Origin: Callorhinchus milii
Taxonomy: Eukaryota
Direction: 5' to 3'
Length of the DNA: 64,000 nucleotides
NCBI RefSeq assembly: GCF_018977255.1
Contig: NW_024704742.1
Coordinates: 74,340,001-74,404,000 of the forward strand
The notes under the pieces were generated by a model. That model did not search any database. It had not been told where the DNA came from and saw only the letters and a program-made list of their open reading frames with translations. Below, piece by piece: positions 36,601 through 51,600 of the stretch. The position numbers and the translations under genes are program-made. How positions within the stretch are numbered: the stretch's first letter is position 1; every line of letters starts with the position of its first letter.

Positions 36601-39600
36601 CAAATGTTACCTTCAGATCCATCTGCCAAATTATACATGAAAGAAAAGAAAAAACAGGTCAGCCATGGTTTGTCATAAATACAACATTCTGCATGCAGCA
36701 GACACATGCTGAAGGATTCGAACTCAAAATAGAAGACTGACTAAGCATTGTCACATGCTTTAGACAAACATAAATGAAACAGCTTAAAGCAATGGAAGTA
36801 AATTAAGTATTTTATTAGAATTTGTTTGCAATACATTCTCCATCTAAGGATCTGCTAATTCACAATAGCGGATAGTTTTATTTTTGATAAAAGTAATATG
36901 CAGATCATTTTAAAACAATGAGAAAAACCAATATGGCAGGATCAATAGCCATGCAATTGTTAAGATTGGTCCACGGCCAACCAGGACTTCAGACTACAGG
37001 CTATAGACTTGCACTCTTGAGAAAACACTTAAGAGCAGTCAAGCTGAGATTTGCGAGAGATCCCAAACAAAGCCAGCTCAGCAAGATCACCTCAATGAAC
37101 AAATACAGATTGCAATATGTTTAAGATTCAATTCAAGTTTAATGTTAATTTTAGGACTTTGGTATTCTAAGCTCCTTTGGTGCCAAGTCCTCTAATTATT
37201 AGTTTGGGTTATTTTCTACCAGTATCTTGGCCAACTATTCTTCAGGTTAATCAGTCATTCACCATGGGTTGAATGTGGTTGTTGTAATTTTGCTGAAAGG
37301 AATGTTTGCTGGGTTTGCCTGCTGGAGTCTAACTGCATATCTTGCCATTGATATTGCTGTCTGGCAAGCTTTCCCGCTGCTTGTCCAGCTAGAACCACCC
37401 TACTTATTAGGGCCTTGGTTGCAGGGTTAACAGAGGCTGAGTGGGATGATTCCCTGCCCCCAGAGACTGCTCCGCCCTTCCAAGTTCTGCCGATGAGCCA
37501 GGCTGGCTGGGCTGTCATCAGCAGTGCCCTGGAATACTGCGGACCCGTCTGGTCAGGAACCGGACTAGAGACCGTCACAGAGGCCTGGCTCGATTCCGAC
37601 ATTCTGTTGCCAGGTATGTCACCTTGGAGCCAGTTCAACTCCAAGGAAACCCTACTTATTTGTCTATGGAGACTCCTGCTCAGTTGGCTGATCAGTTCTG
37701 CACATTTTCAGCTCACACACCAATACTGAAGAAAACTAAAGTTACAATTATAACCTTACTCAAGCATTATGAATACCTTTATTACTATATTATAAACCCT
37801 AAACTACTAATCCTACATATATTCTACATGTTGGCAGCAATTTGCTCTAATTTTTATCACTGTTTTGCAGCTTTTTGCTTCTCAACAATATCCTGCAGGG
37901 GGCAAAGCAACTTCAATTTTTGGCAGCATCAATATAACAATATAACATGCACTAATACAATTAGGCAAGATCACTTATTATCTTTTAAAAAGTTAAAAGA
38001 TAATAAGTGATCTTGCCTAATTGTCATTTCTTTGTTCCTTCCCTTGCTTTCTATTCAGTATTTTTATTAAAATATATTTTGTTTCTACCCTATTCTAATG
38101 ATAAATCTTCCAGCTCCAACAGTCAAACTTGGAGGATTTGTTTCCCTCCCCCCGCCCACCTAAAAACAAGTATTATTCATTGGCTGAAAACCATTTTCAT
38201 AGATGTACAGCTTTTGCAACTAAACTGTAAAACAGCTGTTTTAAGCTCACTTCTGGGTTCACTAAGCTGAGCTACTTGTACTAAAAAGTACAAAACACAC
38301 AAGGAAGTATCTGTACAGAATTCATTGACACGTTTAATTCTCATCTTTCAGAGCTGGAAACCGTAACCAACATTTATCTGAAAGTTGATAAGAGTTGAAA
38401 TACTTTTCTGTACCTGGTTCTTCTTCTTCCACATCATTAGATATCACATTGTAAAGTGTGTCCAATGCATAACCAATAATTTCAGTGTCTGCACTGCAAA
38501 GCAAATGGAAAGGAAAATTGTATTCCTGATTCATGCTTCAAATAGATATGAAACTAAATTTAATAGCATCCTAAAGTTCTATTTAGATGATAAACCATTA
38601 ATTACCACAAATAGTAAACTTCAATTAGTATCAATAAGATAGAGGGGTATAAATAACTTGTGATGGTGTATATTCAGAAAATTGTCTCATCTTACCTGTT
38701 TGAAATCCTAATGGAATTAGGTCAGTGGTATACAAATTATTATTTGTGTAAGTTCTCACCCGAGACACTACGCTACGTGAAGGGTGCTATAAAAATGCAA
38801 GTTGTTGGGAGTATTGTTGTTTCAAACTACAGTAAATCTTTACAACCTTCTGACCTTATTTGTGTTTTTATTGCATCAAAGTTGATTCAAGCAAAACTAA
38901 ATGTAATAATAAATAATAATCGTTGCATTTGATATAGGGCTTTATCACATCTTCGATATACAAACAGTTGTAGTTTGAGTGACCAAATTATTATTAGTTG
39001 TTATTTTTTGGTGGGATTACTACCCCAGGAAAAGCGATCCGCCAATCGACTAACAACTGGGTTCTGACTTATTACTAGGTAAACAGAGGCGTGTGGAATA
39101 AGGAAACTTGCCTAATGTTTCACCCTATCTGGAATCAAACCCAGATGCTCTCGCCTGCGAGGCAAGTGCTCTAACCTCTAAGCTACAGGACTCCATTTTC
39201 CAAAACGTACTTTCCAAAGAACATACAATGGATGTTACCATGTCAGAATGTTTTATTGTCTTGGATTTATCATATGCAGCAGCTATAGCTGATGATTATA
39301 ATTTCTCCAGTATAAACAGATTTGAAATGCACTTTTATATGACAGGGAAAATGTTTTCACTTTAAGTGTCTTAAAGAACTGGGCACTTACCGATCTGTCT
39401 GTAATACACCAATGAGGTGTTCCATAGCCTGACTGCCCACTTCAAGGCGATATTTCTACACAAAAAAAATTAAAAATATTAAAACATTTTCACAAAGACT
39501 TTTAAAAANTAATGCTAAGCTAAAGATTTACTGCTCCTTTGTGCAACTCACTAACTAGGACATCAACATTTGGAATGTGAGGTAAATGCAGCACTTACCC

Positions 39601-42600
39601 CATTCAACACTGGTAGGGGCCTCTTGGTGATAGTAATCTCACTCTAGACAATATAATTTTCAGCTTTGGACCCAGCAAATGCACAACCTTATAACTAAAA
39701 TTATCCAAGAATCATCCCTGGATCCTTATGTATTGACAGTATTACAAAATTGATGTTCCTGAAATTTATGCATTACATTCAAAATATAAATGAATAGATA
39801 TTAACCATGCCAGTTTGTTTCAAACAAACACACTTTAAGTGAGTTTAATTATGAGTACAGTGGAATCCTCTTTAGCTCCTGGTTAACCCTGGATGGCAGG
39901 TAAATCTGATATAATACCCAGCCTCAATTCATTGCTATTCTTACCCGTTTTAAATATGCCTGTTAATTCAACAAAAATCCGATTAATACAGGCAAAATGT
40001 CGCGTTGGTCACCTTTGCATCTCAAGTGGCTCCAATCAGCCACAAGCGACTCCGGGATGGAGATGGGAGGATTCACACTGTGATTGACAATGGACTCCAA
40101 CCATTCATAATACAGTTACTGACTATCAATATCATTGAGGGGGTGGAGGGTCGGGGAAGAAACAAGGGAGGGAAATGGAGATGAGAGGAGTCAAATTGTG
40201 ATTGATTGAGTGGTCACCAGCCATTCACAAGCGGCTCTGGGGACCAGTGACTGCATCCGGTGGAAGGGGAGTGGACCCATTAGTGGCAGCTCCAAGGTGA
40301 TTGCACCTCTTGTAGCCACCGCTAATTGCCCCTTCCCATCCAATGGGAACAGCAATGGGAGGGAAGAGCTGCTCAGCAAAGAACGGGAAGAGAAGAGAAA
40401 GGTAAGAACTTTGGTTTCTGGGTGCTGGGTAAATCGGACAAAACTCCCTGCCCAGATCCGTCCAGCTAAGGCGGATTCCACTGCAGCTCAGTGATTAGAG
40501 CACTCGCTTTGCAAGCAAAAGACCTGAGTTCAATTCCAGGCAGAGTGAAACCTTGGGCAAGTTTCCTTACTCCACACAGAGCCTAATAATAATCCCTCCA
40601 AAATAAAAAAAAATAATAAATTGGTCATTTTCAATCTACGACTGTTTGTGGGACATTGCTGTGCGCAATTGGCTGCCGCGTTCGCCCACAAATATACAGT
40701 CAATTCACTTTACAGTGTGTTCGGTGAAGCGCTTTGGGACGTCCTCCCGACGTGAAAAATGCTATATCAAATGCAAGGATTATTATTATTATTATTTGTA
40801 AATACTTTTCTTGGAATGGGGTCCAATGTGTATCTTTAGGCTATAATGGCGTAAATGGCTGCTGCGTTTCGCCCACAAATATACAGTCAATTCACTTTAC
40901 AGCATATTCTGTGAAGCGCTTTGAAACGTCTAGAAGACGTGAAAAGCGCTATATCAAATACAAGGATTATTATAAAGGGCTTGATTGTATTTTATCTGGT
41001 TCCATTTATGAAGAAATCTGTGAACATGCATATGATTTTGGAGTTCATGGTATATTCAGAGTAGTACATTAGGTTTTATTGTGCTTAAATGCACAAAAGG
41101 TTTAGAATGCTTGAATCAACGTAAACATTTTCATTTGTTCCACAGTTCCTAGGGTAACTAGCTAAAGGCCAATTTGTAGTCTGGTGTTTAATTTTAAAGA
41201 TTGGAAATATATTACACACAATTAGAAATGTGTACACTGAAAAATCTATCCCCTCTTACTGTCTACCCCTTCCCCCCTCTCTCCCCTCACCCCCGAATAA
41301 AAAGCAAAGGGGCCTATTTTTTCCAAACATTGACACATATTGAACTATATAATTTGTGCATGCTATTTGGCAGTGAACTTGGTAAAAGCACCAAGTATTT
41401 AAAAGAAAACAGAATCCCACTGTAAGGTATTTTTCTATTTACATATTTTTACAATTGAATGGAGAAAGCATTAAATGCAACCCTTTTGTTGAACTATTAG
41501 AATCTGATAAAAGTACTAAAACAGACTAAAAATTGCAGAGCAAGTAGTTTGCAGCATTGGAGGGAAACAAGAAGTTGATCGGTTGAGTGATATGCAGCAG
41601 AAGAAGCACACACAAAAAAAGCAAAACGATTCTTCCCGTGACAGGCAGCATAAGTTTCTGTACTTCTCCCTAAGTTTGCGAATAGAACAAATAATCTCTC
41701 TCACATCTTATTATTTCAGTACTACTAGGCATTAATGGAGTAGTAATTGCAGTGAAACTCATCGGAAAAATATGTACAAAAACAATAACATAGAAATAGC
41801 AGAATGTTTTCCAAGTTAAACTACTTTCCTGTTAAATAATTCTGTGTTAGTTAAATTGAATCTGGTACAAAGATTTGTAAAAATGGGCTTCATATACAGT
41901 TATTAAAATTTAAATAACAAAATGCATTGGGAAACTAGTTTATTTATAAACTGTAGTAATTGGGAGAGACACACATATACAGCAGCAGTTTGGAGAGTAC
42001 CTCTTTGCAACATGTTCTCTAAATGAAAATCCTACCCTGCACTAAAATTGAGCTCAAAGTTGATAATGCTCAACAACTGAAAAACCTTAGTTCAAATAAT
42101 AAAAAGCACAATTATCTTCATTTGTTAAGAATAAGCACTCAACCACTTGAGTTACCATGCCATCAAGTCATTAGTCAACCATTAAATGTTATTGCACACA
42201 AAACAATGTCCTCCATGCTTAAGTTATTTTGAAATAAATGCCTCTAAGAGTGTACCTTAGATAGTGCTTTGAGTGCACGCACAGCATCTCTACGGTCATC
42301 GAGCAAAGTGGAAGAGGCAACTCGGTCACACAGCTTTTGAATCTGTTGTGGGAAATGAAAATTAAACGTTGAACATGGAATGTAGCCGAGCCTGCAGCTA
42401 AATTTTAAACTTACAAATGAAAATATTCAAAAGTGCTCATAAGTAAAGCTAGTTATGAACTTTTTTTTATTACTAAACTTTGGCTACATGTACAATCCAC
42501 ATAAAGTACACTGATAAAACATTGTAAAATGTTTACAAGAATAGGTTGAAAACTAAAAAGACGAACATAAGAATTCCTGTTCATTTGACTACATTTATCT

Positions 42601-45600
42601 CTACACGCACCACCAAAGAAATGAACCTGCTCCCAAGCCGGATCTCCTTGAAGCTGAGCTGGCTCCAAGGAGACATGTTTGGCAATGGAATATCAGAACT
42701 GAATCAACCCTCTATGCGATCTTGGCAGTCTGGTTCCTGAGCCAGGCAGGTCTGCAGTACTCTAGGGCACCGTTGATAGCAGATCAGCCGGAGGGACCTG
42801 GAAGGGTAGACCAGTCACTGGAGAGAGGGATTCTTCCCACTCAGCTCCTGTTAACCATGCAAGCCAAAGCCCTAACAGGTAGAGTGGTCTTAGATGAACA
42901 AGCAGTTGGAAAGTTTGTCAGACAATGCTTTCAATGTCACACTTTGTGATTTTAACTAGTTAAACTCCAGCAGTACTCTAATGCACCCCTCAGGGCTCTC
43001 CAAGCCTAGCTCTTGCCAGCCTGTACCTAATACTCTCCAGAATTAGGTAAGCAGGATGCATTCCTATATGGGAGTTTCCATGTATAGGTGGGATGCATGG
43101 AACTTTCAGTTTGGTTTGTATACTCTTAAGCGTGGTGATAGGTTTTCACATACATCAGACACCTGGTTGAACAAAAGCAAACCTACAAAATATGTTCCCC
43201 AGGAATACAGCAGGTAAGTGAAGCCCATGGTAGTTTTTAAGTTATAAGCAGGAGTGAACTTAATAGTCGAATAATATTTTCTCATTCCATAATTTAAGTT
43301 ATTTTAGGATAGTTAAGCAATGTTGTCACCAGACATATTTAGCACAATAGGTACTGATAGATTATAGAGTATTCTCCCTGTGTGTGAGTGTGTGTCTCTC
43401 TCCCTCTGGGTGTATCCATCTGTGTGCGGTCATGGCCCCCGAGAGACAGGAGGCTGCGACCTCCTGGAGCCCCGCCATCAGGACACTGGCAAGCATGGTG
43501 AGCAATGCTGGTGTTCGGCAGATCTCCAGGCCTTCAAATATAATGTGAGGTGGAAAAGAACTATTTGGTCCTTCAGTGGTGTTTCTTCCCCCCAAGTGGG
43601 CCACCCACTTTTTGTTAAAGAAAGCATTAATATATTTTGGGTTTTTTGCAACATTTTATGATGTGTTTATGTCTTCATGTTTGGTTTTTATCAATAAAGT
43701 GAAAAAATGTAGGTTAGCAGTGAAGTATAAATCAGGGAGGTCATTCTACATTACTCAGCTGGAATATATTTAGTTTTGCTTTAGCAGAATAAAATGGATA
43801 TAAGCCATTCGTGATTGCTTTAGTGCTACACAGAAACTGCAAGAACTAAATCCTACTAGCAATTTCACTGCACAAACTCTTCTGTAACACTTTAGCACAT
43901 CTTGTTTTCAGCTTTCTCACCAAGAGGCAAAATATAACACAGCTATTTTCCAGTGCTTCCAAAATATAGCCACCCAAAAAGGATATGCTGTACTCATTAT
44001 TCAATTTCTTGATTTTACTACTATTATTATCTCTACTTACAAAATTCATGAATGGTTTATTTGACTCCATTGATCTTTCCTTTCTCGTTTCACAAGAATA
44101 TTAGTTGTAGGCCGGCAAGAGCCAAGGCTTGGGGAAATCGCAGAACATGCATTGTAGTACTGCTGGAGTTTAACCAGCACAGCTTCCCATTGAAAGCAGT
44201 GCCTCCACTGCTTGTCCAGCCTTCGTCTGTACCTCACTCCAAAAGCTGCTGAAACCCTCATCCATGCCTTCATCACCTCTCGACTAGTCAAACGCCCTCC
44301 TCCTCGCTGGTCTCCCCTGCTCCACTATTCACAAAATTCAAATCATTTAAAATTCCATCGCCTGCATACTCACCCGCACTAAACGCCATACCTCCGTTAC
44401 CCCGGTCCTTATCAAACTCCGTTGGCTCCCTGTCACAGAGCGGGTCGATTTCAAGATTCTCACTCTTCTTTTTAAATCCCTTCATGCTCTGGCACCCCCC
44501 TTTTCTCTCCAACCTGCTCTCTTTCCTTACAGTACTACCAGCTGACTCCACTCGACTGGCTCCGACCTCCTCGTCTCTCGGACCCTCCACCCCACCATCG
44601 GCAGGCGTGCTTTCAGCCTCTAGGCCCTGAAGCTGTGGAGCTTTCTCCCTCAATCCCTTTGCCTTGCCCCCCCCTCTCTCCATTTTCAGGTCGCGCTTGA
44701 AGATCTTCCTCTTCAATCCCTCTGGCTCGGCATCAGGCTCTGCCACTGTTAAGCATTCCGAGACACCGTGTGGCGTAAAGAGCACTACATAAATAAAAGT
44801 TATTGTTGTTGGACCATTCTACCCGTTAAGGATTATCAGGAGCTGAGCAGGAAGTACTATGACTGGTCTACCCCTCCAAGTCTCGCCAACGACAGACTAG
44901 CTGATCAGACATAGCAGTGCCCTGCAGTACTGCAGACCTGCCTGGCTCAGGAACCTGAACTACCAAGACTGCCACAGAGAGTTGAATAAATTTGGACATG
45001 TCAAGCACATCACCTTGAAGCCAGCATAGCTCCAAGGATACCCCTCTTACCCTTCCCATCTTGGATGAAAGTCACAAATCTTTCACTAATATTTGGAAGA
45101 CTGGTTGCTCTGGACTTCTGTTGCAAACAAAATCTTCACCGTACCAATTTCAACTTCAGCCTTCCCCAGATTCACCCATTTTAAAAGTAACTGACAATTT
45201 GCCTTACTGCTCTCCAATTAACTTTTCATACATGCTGCAAAAATGGCTCATCCACTATACTTCAGAGATCATCCAATTTATATAAACTTGTTTCTTCCTT
45301 GGGCAGTTTTAGAGGACTGGATTATTTCATTATCCAGTTATTGTAGAATTGTTAAAGGTCTTAAACAAGGTTAATGTTTATAACAGAATATAGGGAAATC
45401 TCCCCAGATTGGGTCTACTGGATAACCGATCTGTGATTCTGTGGAATAGAAACACATATTATACCTGGTCATTATGGAAAAGCATGTTAATTGCTAAAGT
45501 TTCCTTATCTTTCTATGATTAAATGATAATTCTTGCATATTATAATAGACAAGACTTCTCAAAATATTTAACAGGAATGTGTAATTTTGTAGGTGAACAT

Positions 45601-48600
45601 GGCAGCCATCGCCAACAAACAAACTCTTCTCAGATCATATCTAGTTCTCAGACCCAATCATTGTTATGTAGAAATTACTGTAGTTTGATGCATTATTTTG
45701 TGCACTGGTGTCACTAAAACACTAAACTCCTGTATATTCCAGTAAGGGAGAGATGGTTTTGATTCTGGTTTACTCATAGTGCTAAAATGGGTTATGAAAG
45801 AGGGAATGGTTTTCCAGAAGGCATTTAGATTATGCGTCACAATTACTTTCAGATATGAACCAAGGTTTTCTTTTGACACAGCAGTCGTCTCTCTTCTTTG
45901 CTCTTTACTGAAAACCATTCCACATTTTTTTTAAGCCATACATCCAAATAGGCTGAGCTCTAATTCTGCAGAGGACAGAACCTAAATTTCAGTGAAGAGT
46001 ATTTCTGCCCCTGAATCTTCTGACACTACAGGTCATTAAAGTGACAAACATAAAACATTGCTGCACATGTACAACTGCACACCCGGTGGTTGATGGGGAC
46101 AGGGTTTTCTGAAAATCAGTTCCATCAGCTTAGCTTTCCCTTTCAAACTGTGACTGACTTGCTGTATACAAATGTAATCTTGTTGTTGTTTGTATTTCCA
46201 ATGTTTCAGATTTCCAACATACACTGTTTTTAATTTTATCTCTACTCCTATAGACCTGTAGGAGCTTCAACTCAGGAGTCAGTACATAACTCTACGCAGA
46301 ACAACGAGATAGAAATAGGGCAGTTGTGGGGATGCATCTCCAGTCTACAGTACACATTGCGGAGTATATTGCTGAGACTGCCATTAAATGAGTTGAGGTA
46401 GAGTCTAGGCCTCTAGGGCAATGGTGGCCAACCTGTGATGGGGATACGGAGTTTATGATCTAAATCCAATTTATAATCCAAGTGTACTCTATTGTTCTTT
46501 TTATTGCTCTATTTATGCAAGGTTGAAACACCCAACGTGCTGAGCCTGACTCAACCGGATAGCATTCTTGCTTCTAAGGCAGAAGGTTGAGGGTTCAAGC
46601 CCCATGTTGGGACTCTGAACTCACAATCTAGATCAGGATGGTCCAACCTTTTGGTAGTCGATGGCTGGATGCCCTATTTGAGAAACACCCACAACAACTT
46701 GGATTTATGTAGTGCCCCTCATGCAGGATAGCATCCCAGAGTGCTTGACGGAGGCAGAGCACAATGCTGAGCTGGGGAAAGTGATCATGGGCACAGTCGA
46801 ATAGGAAGGTCTTCAGGCTTGACCTGAAGATGGGGAAGGAAGGAGCAAGGCAGCAAGATCACCCTCTCTGTCAATTTCTCTCTCCTCTCTCTCTCACATA
46901 CACACACTCATGCACTCTCACACACACTCTCACCCCCCGCCCCACTTTCTCTCGATCAGCTCACTATCTGGCAGCGAGAACGGCTGCTCTCCCACCACAC
47001 GTGTAGGATGGCTCACTATCTGCTAGTGCCAGGGGCCGGCGGGTGGGAGGACGCAGTTGATAAGGAGAACCATTTGTCTTCCCCTCAGCTCAGGAGGGAC
47101 TTCCTGACACACTGCAGCATTCCCCATCTAGGAACCCCTCCGCCTCACCCCCTCCCTTGACTTCTCCTGGGTCAGTCCTCAAGATCTTCCTTTTAACCAT
47201 ATTCGGTCATCTTCCCTCCTCCATCATCCCCAGCCCACCCCTCTCTGATCTCAACCCTCAATCGGAGCAAACCCCTCTGTCCGGAGCCTTGGGATGTCCT
47301 CCTGACATGAAAGGAGCTATAAAAATGCAATCTGTTGTTGATGATGTGATAAGGTGTTATATCAAATGTAAATATTATATTATAAAACACCAAATTTAAT
47401 TGCAGCTATTCCTATCTATCCAGAGTTAGCAAAGGCTCATTTAAAAACCCGACAAGAGATTCTTTTACAAGTAATTTTGACGAAAGCAAGAAGGTGTTCA
47501 TCAAGCAAAATCAGTACTGAAGGTAAACTCTCTCTATGCAACGATTCTAAGTGTTGATGATAAATGTGCGATCATTTCCCTACATGCCCATCTGGAACTT
47601 CCATTGTAAAGTGGCAGGATTGTATAACAATCATCCAAGTTGTCCTAAGAGTGTATATAGCCAGGTGGGACCTCAGTTTAACATTTCAGCAGCAGAATGG
47701 CACCTCCAATAATGCAGCACACCCCATCACTACATTGGAATGTCAGGTTTAGACAACATAAGTTCCAAGTCCAGATAATAATAATAGTAATAATTCGTTC
47801 ATTCGATATTGTGCAACTTCGAGACGTCTCAAAGCTTCACAGAACATACTGTAAAGTGAATTGACTGTATATTTTGTGGAAGAAAACGTGGCAGCCAATT
47901 ACACACAGCAGTGTCTTACAAACAGTCGTGGATTGAGTGACCAATTTATTATTAGTATTTTTTTGAAGGAATTATTATCTCCGGAAAAGCGATCTGTCAA
48001 TCAACTGACAACTGGGTTCTCAGTTACTGTTAGGAGTAAAGAAACTTGTTCAACGTTTCGCCCTGCCAGGAATTAAACACAGGTCTCTCACTTGCAAGGC
48101 GAGTGCTCTAACCACTGAGCTACAGGTCTCCATCTGGGACTTGAACCCACAATCTTCTGACTCAGAAACGAGAGAGCTACCAACTGAGTCAGCCTGACTT
48201 ACACTACTTTAGGCAATCAGAGTATGGACTGAATCTGGTAATTATTAATGCATCATATATAATGTACTCCCTTAATTAAGGAATTTTAAATAAATAATAA
48301 TTATTCTTGAATTTCATATAGCGCTTTTCACATCTTCTAGACATCTCAATGCACTTCACAGAATATACTGTAAAGTGAATCAACTGTACATTTCTGTGGG
48401 CGAAATACAGCAGCCCAATTGCACACAGCAGTGTCCCACAAGCAGTCGTGGATTGAAGTGACCATTTTTTTATTATTTTTTTTCTTGAGGGATTATTATC
48501 AGATATGTAGAGTAAGGAAACTTGCCTAAGGTTTTGCCTGCTGAGAGGTCTCTCGCTTGAGAGGCAAGTGCTCTAATCACTGAGCTACAGGACTCTACAA

Positions 48601-51600
48601 TTCAGCTAGAAATCACCACACACTGGACAACAACAACTTGCACTTATATGCACCCTCAAAGCAGGGTAGCGTCTCAGAACACTTTTCTCCATCATGAACC
48701 GACTCCTCCGCCCACCCTCTCACGCCTCACCCATCCTCACCTCAAATGCCAACTGCAAGACAATGTTGGACCTCCTCGAATCCAAAATTGAGGGAATCCG
48801 CTCAGCTGCCTCTACCACTGCAACTACTATCCCCTCCTCCCACCCCAGCCTCTGCCCACCCCCCTCTCCACACCTTTGAACCCGTCTCGCCCTCCTCTCT
48901 CATCACCACCATAACCCGTATGAAACCCACCCCCTGCTTTCTGGATCCCATCCCTACCCCCCTCCTCACCGCCCAGCTCCACCTCCTTGCCCCTCTACTC
49001 ACTGACATTGTTAACCTCTCCCTGTCCTCTGGTACTGTTCCCACCCCTTTAAAAAACACTGTCATCATTCCTATCCTGAAAAAACCCTCCCTGGACCCTT
49101 CTCTACTCTCTAACCAACGCTCCATCTCCAACCTTCCCTTCCTCTCCGAGGTCCTAGAACGAGTTGTTGCTTCCCAGCTTCGCTCCTTCCTCTCCCACCA
49201 CTCCCTTCTCGAACTTCTCCAATTGGGTTTCCGTGTCACCCACAGCACAGAAACCGCTGTGGTCAAAGTGACAAATGACATTCTGTCCATCTGTGACCAG
49301 GGCTCCCTCTGCCTCCTCATCCTCCTTGACCTTTCTGCTGCCTTTGACACTGTTGACCACTCTATCCTCATCCACCGCTTCTCCTCTCACCTCAACAGCG
49401 CTGTCCTTGATTGGTTCAGATCGTACCTCTCACACCGCCTGCACTTCATCTCCTCCAATGGTTTCTTCTCTAGCCCATGAACCGTCTTGTGCTGCGTTCC
49501 TCAGGGCTCTGTCCTTGGTCCCTCCTCTTCAATATCTATCTGCTCCCTCTTGGTGACATCATCCGCAGACATGGCGTCAACTTCCACATGTATACGATGA
49601 CACCCAACTCTACCTCTCTGCTCCACCCTTGATTCCGGTACCACTGCTGTGCTGTCAGAATGTCTGTCAGACATCAAGTCCTGGATGAGAGCTAACTTTC
49701 TTCCATTGAACGTCAACAAGACCGAGGCTCTCCTGATTGGCTTCCGTCAGCGGCTCGTCACCTCAGGCGCTGACAGCATCGCCATCCATGGATACAGACC
49801 TCCACCTCACTGAGCCAGTCCGGAACCTTGGGATCTTGTTTGACCCTCAACTATCCTTTCTACCCAACATTTTCACCATGACCCACTCTGCTTCCCCCAC
49901 CTGCACAACATCGCCCGGCTCCGACACTGTCTCACACCGCAGGCCACCAAAACCTTCATACACGCCTTCATTACTTTGAGGCTCGACTATGCAAACTCCC
50001 TGCTTGTCGGCCTCCCCAACTCCTGCCTCCACAGGCTGCAGATCATCCAGAATTTTGCAGCCTGTGTCCTCTCCCACACCAGGGTCCGTGACCCTATCAC
50101 CCCCATCCTTGCCCAACTCCACTGGCTTCCCATCACACAGAGGATACAGTTCAATATCCTGGTTCTCACCTTCAAAGCTCTCCATGGTCTTGCTCCCCCC
50201 TACCTCTGCGACCTCCTAAAGTCCCTACCATCCTATTCGCCCCATCTGCTCAGCCGGTTCTGGCCTGCTTCACATCCCCGTCTTGCTCGCCGCACTCTCG
50301 GCGGGCCTTCCGCCACTCTGCACCCGCCCTCTGGAACTCCATCCCGCAGTCCTCCGCCTCGCCACCTTCAAGACCCAAAGACCCTCCTCTTCGATCGTGT
50401 TTTCGATCCCCCTGCCCTCCCCACCCCCCCAGCTCAGATCCAACTCTGTCTATCCAGCACCTTGGGACATCCTCCCGACATGAAAGGCGCTATATAAATG
50501 TAATTCTGTTGTTGTAACAGTGATGGGCCTGACTCCGCACATGGGGTGGGGGTTTAGGTGGCCGTAAATACGGTCGAAGAGGAAGGTTTTCATGCGGGAC
50601 TTGAAAATGGAGGCAAAGCAGAGAGATTGAGGGAGAGTTTTCCAGAGTTTCGGGGCATAGTGGCTGAAAGCGCAACATCCGATGGACAAGGCACGGGATG
50701 AGCAGGAGACCGGTGCCAGTCGAACGGAGGCGCCGCGTGGTGGATTGGGATGTGAGGAGGTCGGAGAGGTAGGGAGGTGCCAGAGAGTGAAGGGATTTGA
50801 ACACAAGCGTGAGTTTGTGTTATCCACAATGTTCTTTCAATAAATCCAGAGCATTCGGTGACCTATTTTACTGGAAATGAAAAATTACAGCAGAGAATCC
50901 CAAACCACCCATCTTACATTAACTTTTATTATTTCAGTTTGGCATTTAAAAAAAATCTGCTCCTCAAAGTAGGTCACCTCTCCCATCCCATTAAGGATTG
51001 ATAATCTGCTTTCTTCCCTTGACCAATCTGTAACATTCCTTGGACAAGACCATGATATTAGTTCCACTCCCTCTCCACCCAACCACCACCAATGAGGATG
51101 AAGTTTTTAAAATGACACGAATACTTCAAGCAGTCCACCAACAATCAGGAACTTCTCTTATGAGGAACACAGAGGGTGAAAACCCACATACCATAAATCA
51201 GCAGCACATTTTTAACATAAGCTCATTGCATTCCCATCAGTTAACTTTACAACAACAACAACAAGATTCCATTTATAGAGCGCCTTTCACGTTGGGAGGA
51301 CGTCCCAAGGCGCTGGGCAGTTGGGTCAGGACCCGAGCATTGGGAGGGAAATGGTGAGGGGAGGGAAGGGAGGGAGCGAGGAGTGGGTAGAGAGTCGAGA
51401 GGGGAGCTGAAGCCACGGTCAAAGAGAAAGGTCTTGAGACCGGCCTTGAAGGAGGAAAGGGAGGAGGCGGCGAAGGCACTGGGGGATAGAGTTCCAGAGC
51501 CTCGGGGCGGAGAGGCTGAAGGCCCGACCACCAATGGTAGGGCGGTTGGGGCGGGGAATGTGGAGCAGACCGGAGCCAGAGGAACGGAGGGGACGGGCAG

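Noticed and set aside
39509..39509. Single N base
   Set aside because: Assembly ambiguity in an A/T-rich intron position, no biological meaning
48746..49480. 244-aa reverse transcriptase ORF as an active RT system
   Set aside because: 5'-truncated, frameshifted L2 LINE fragment with a broken YADD region
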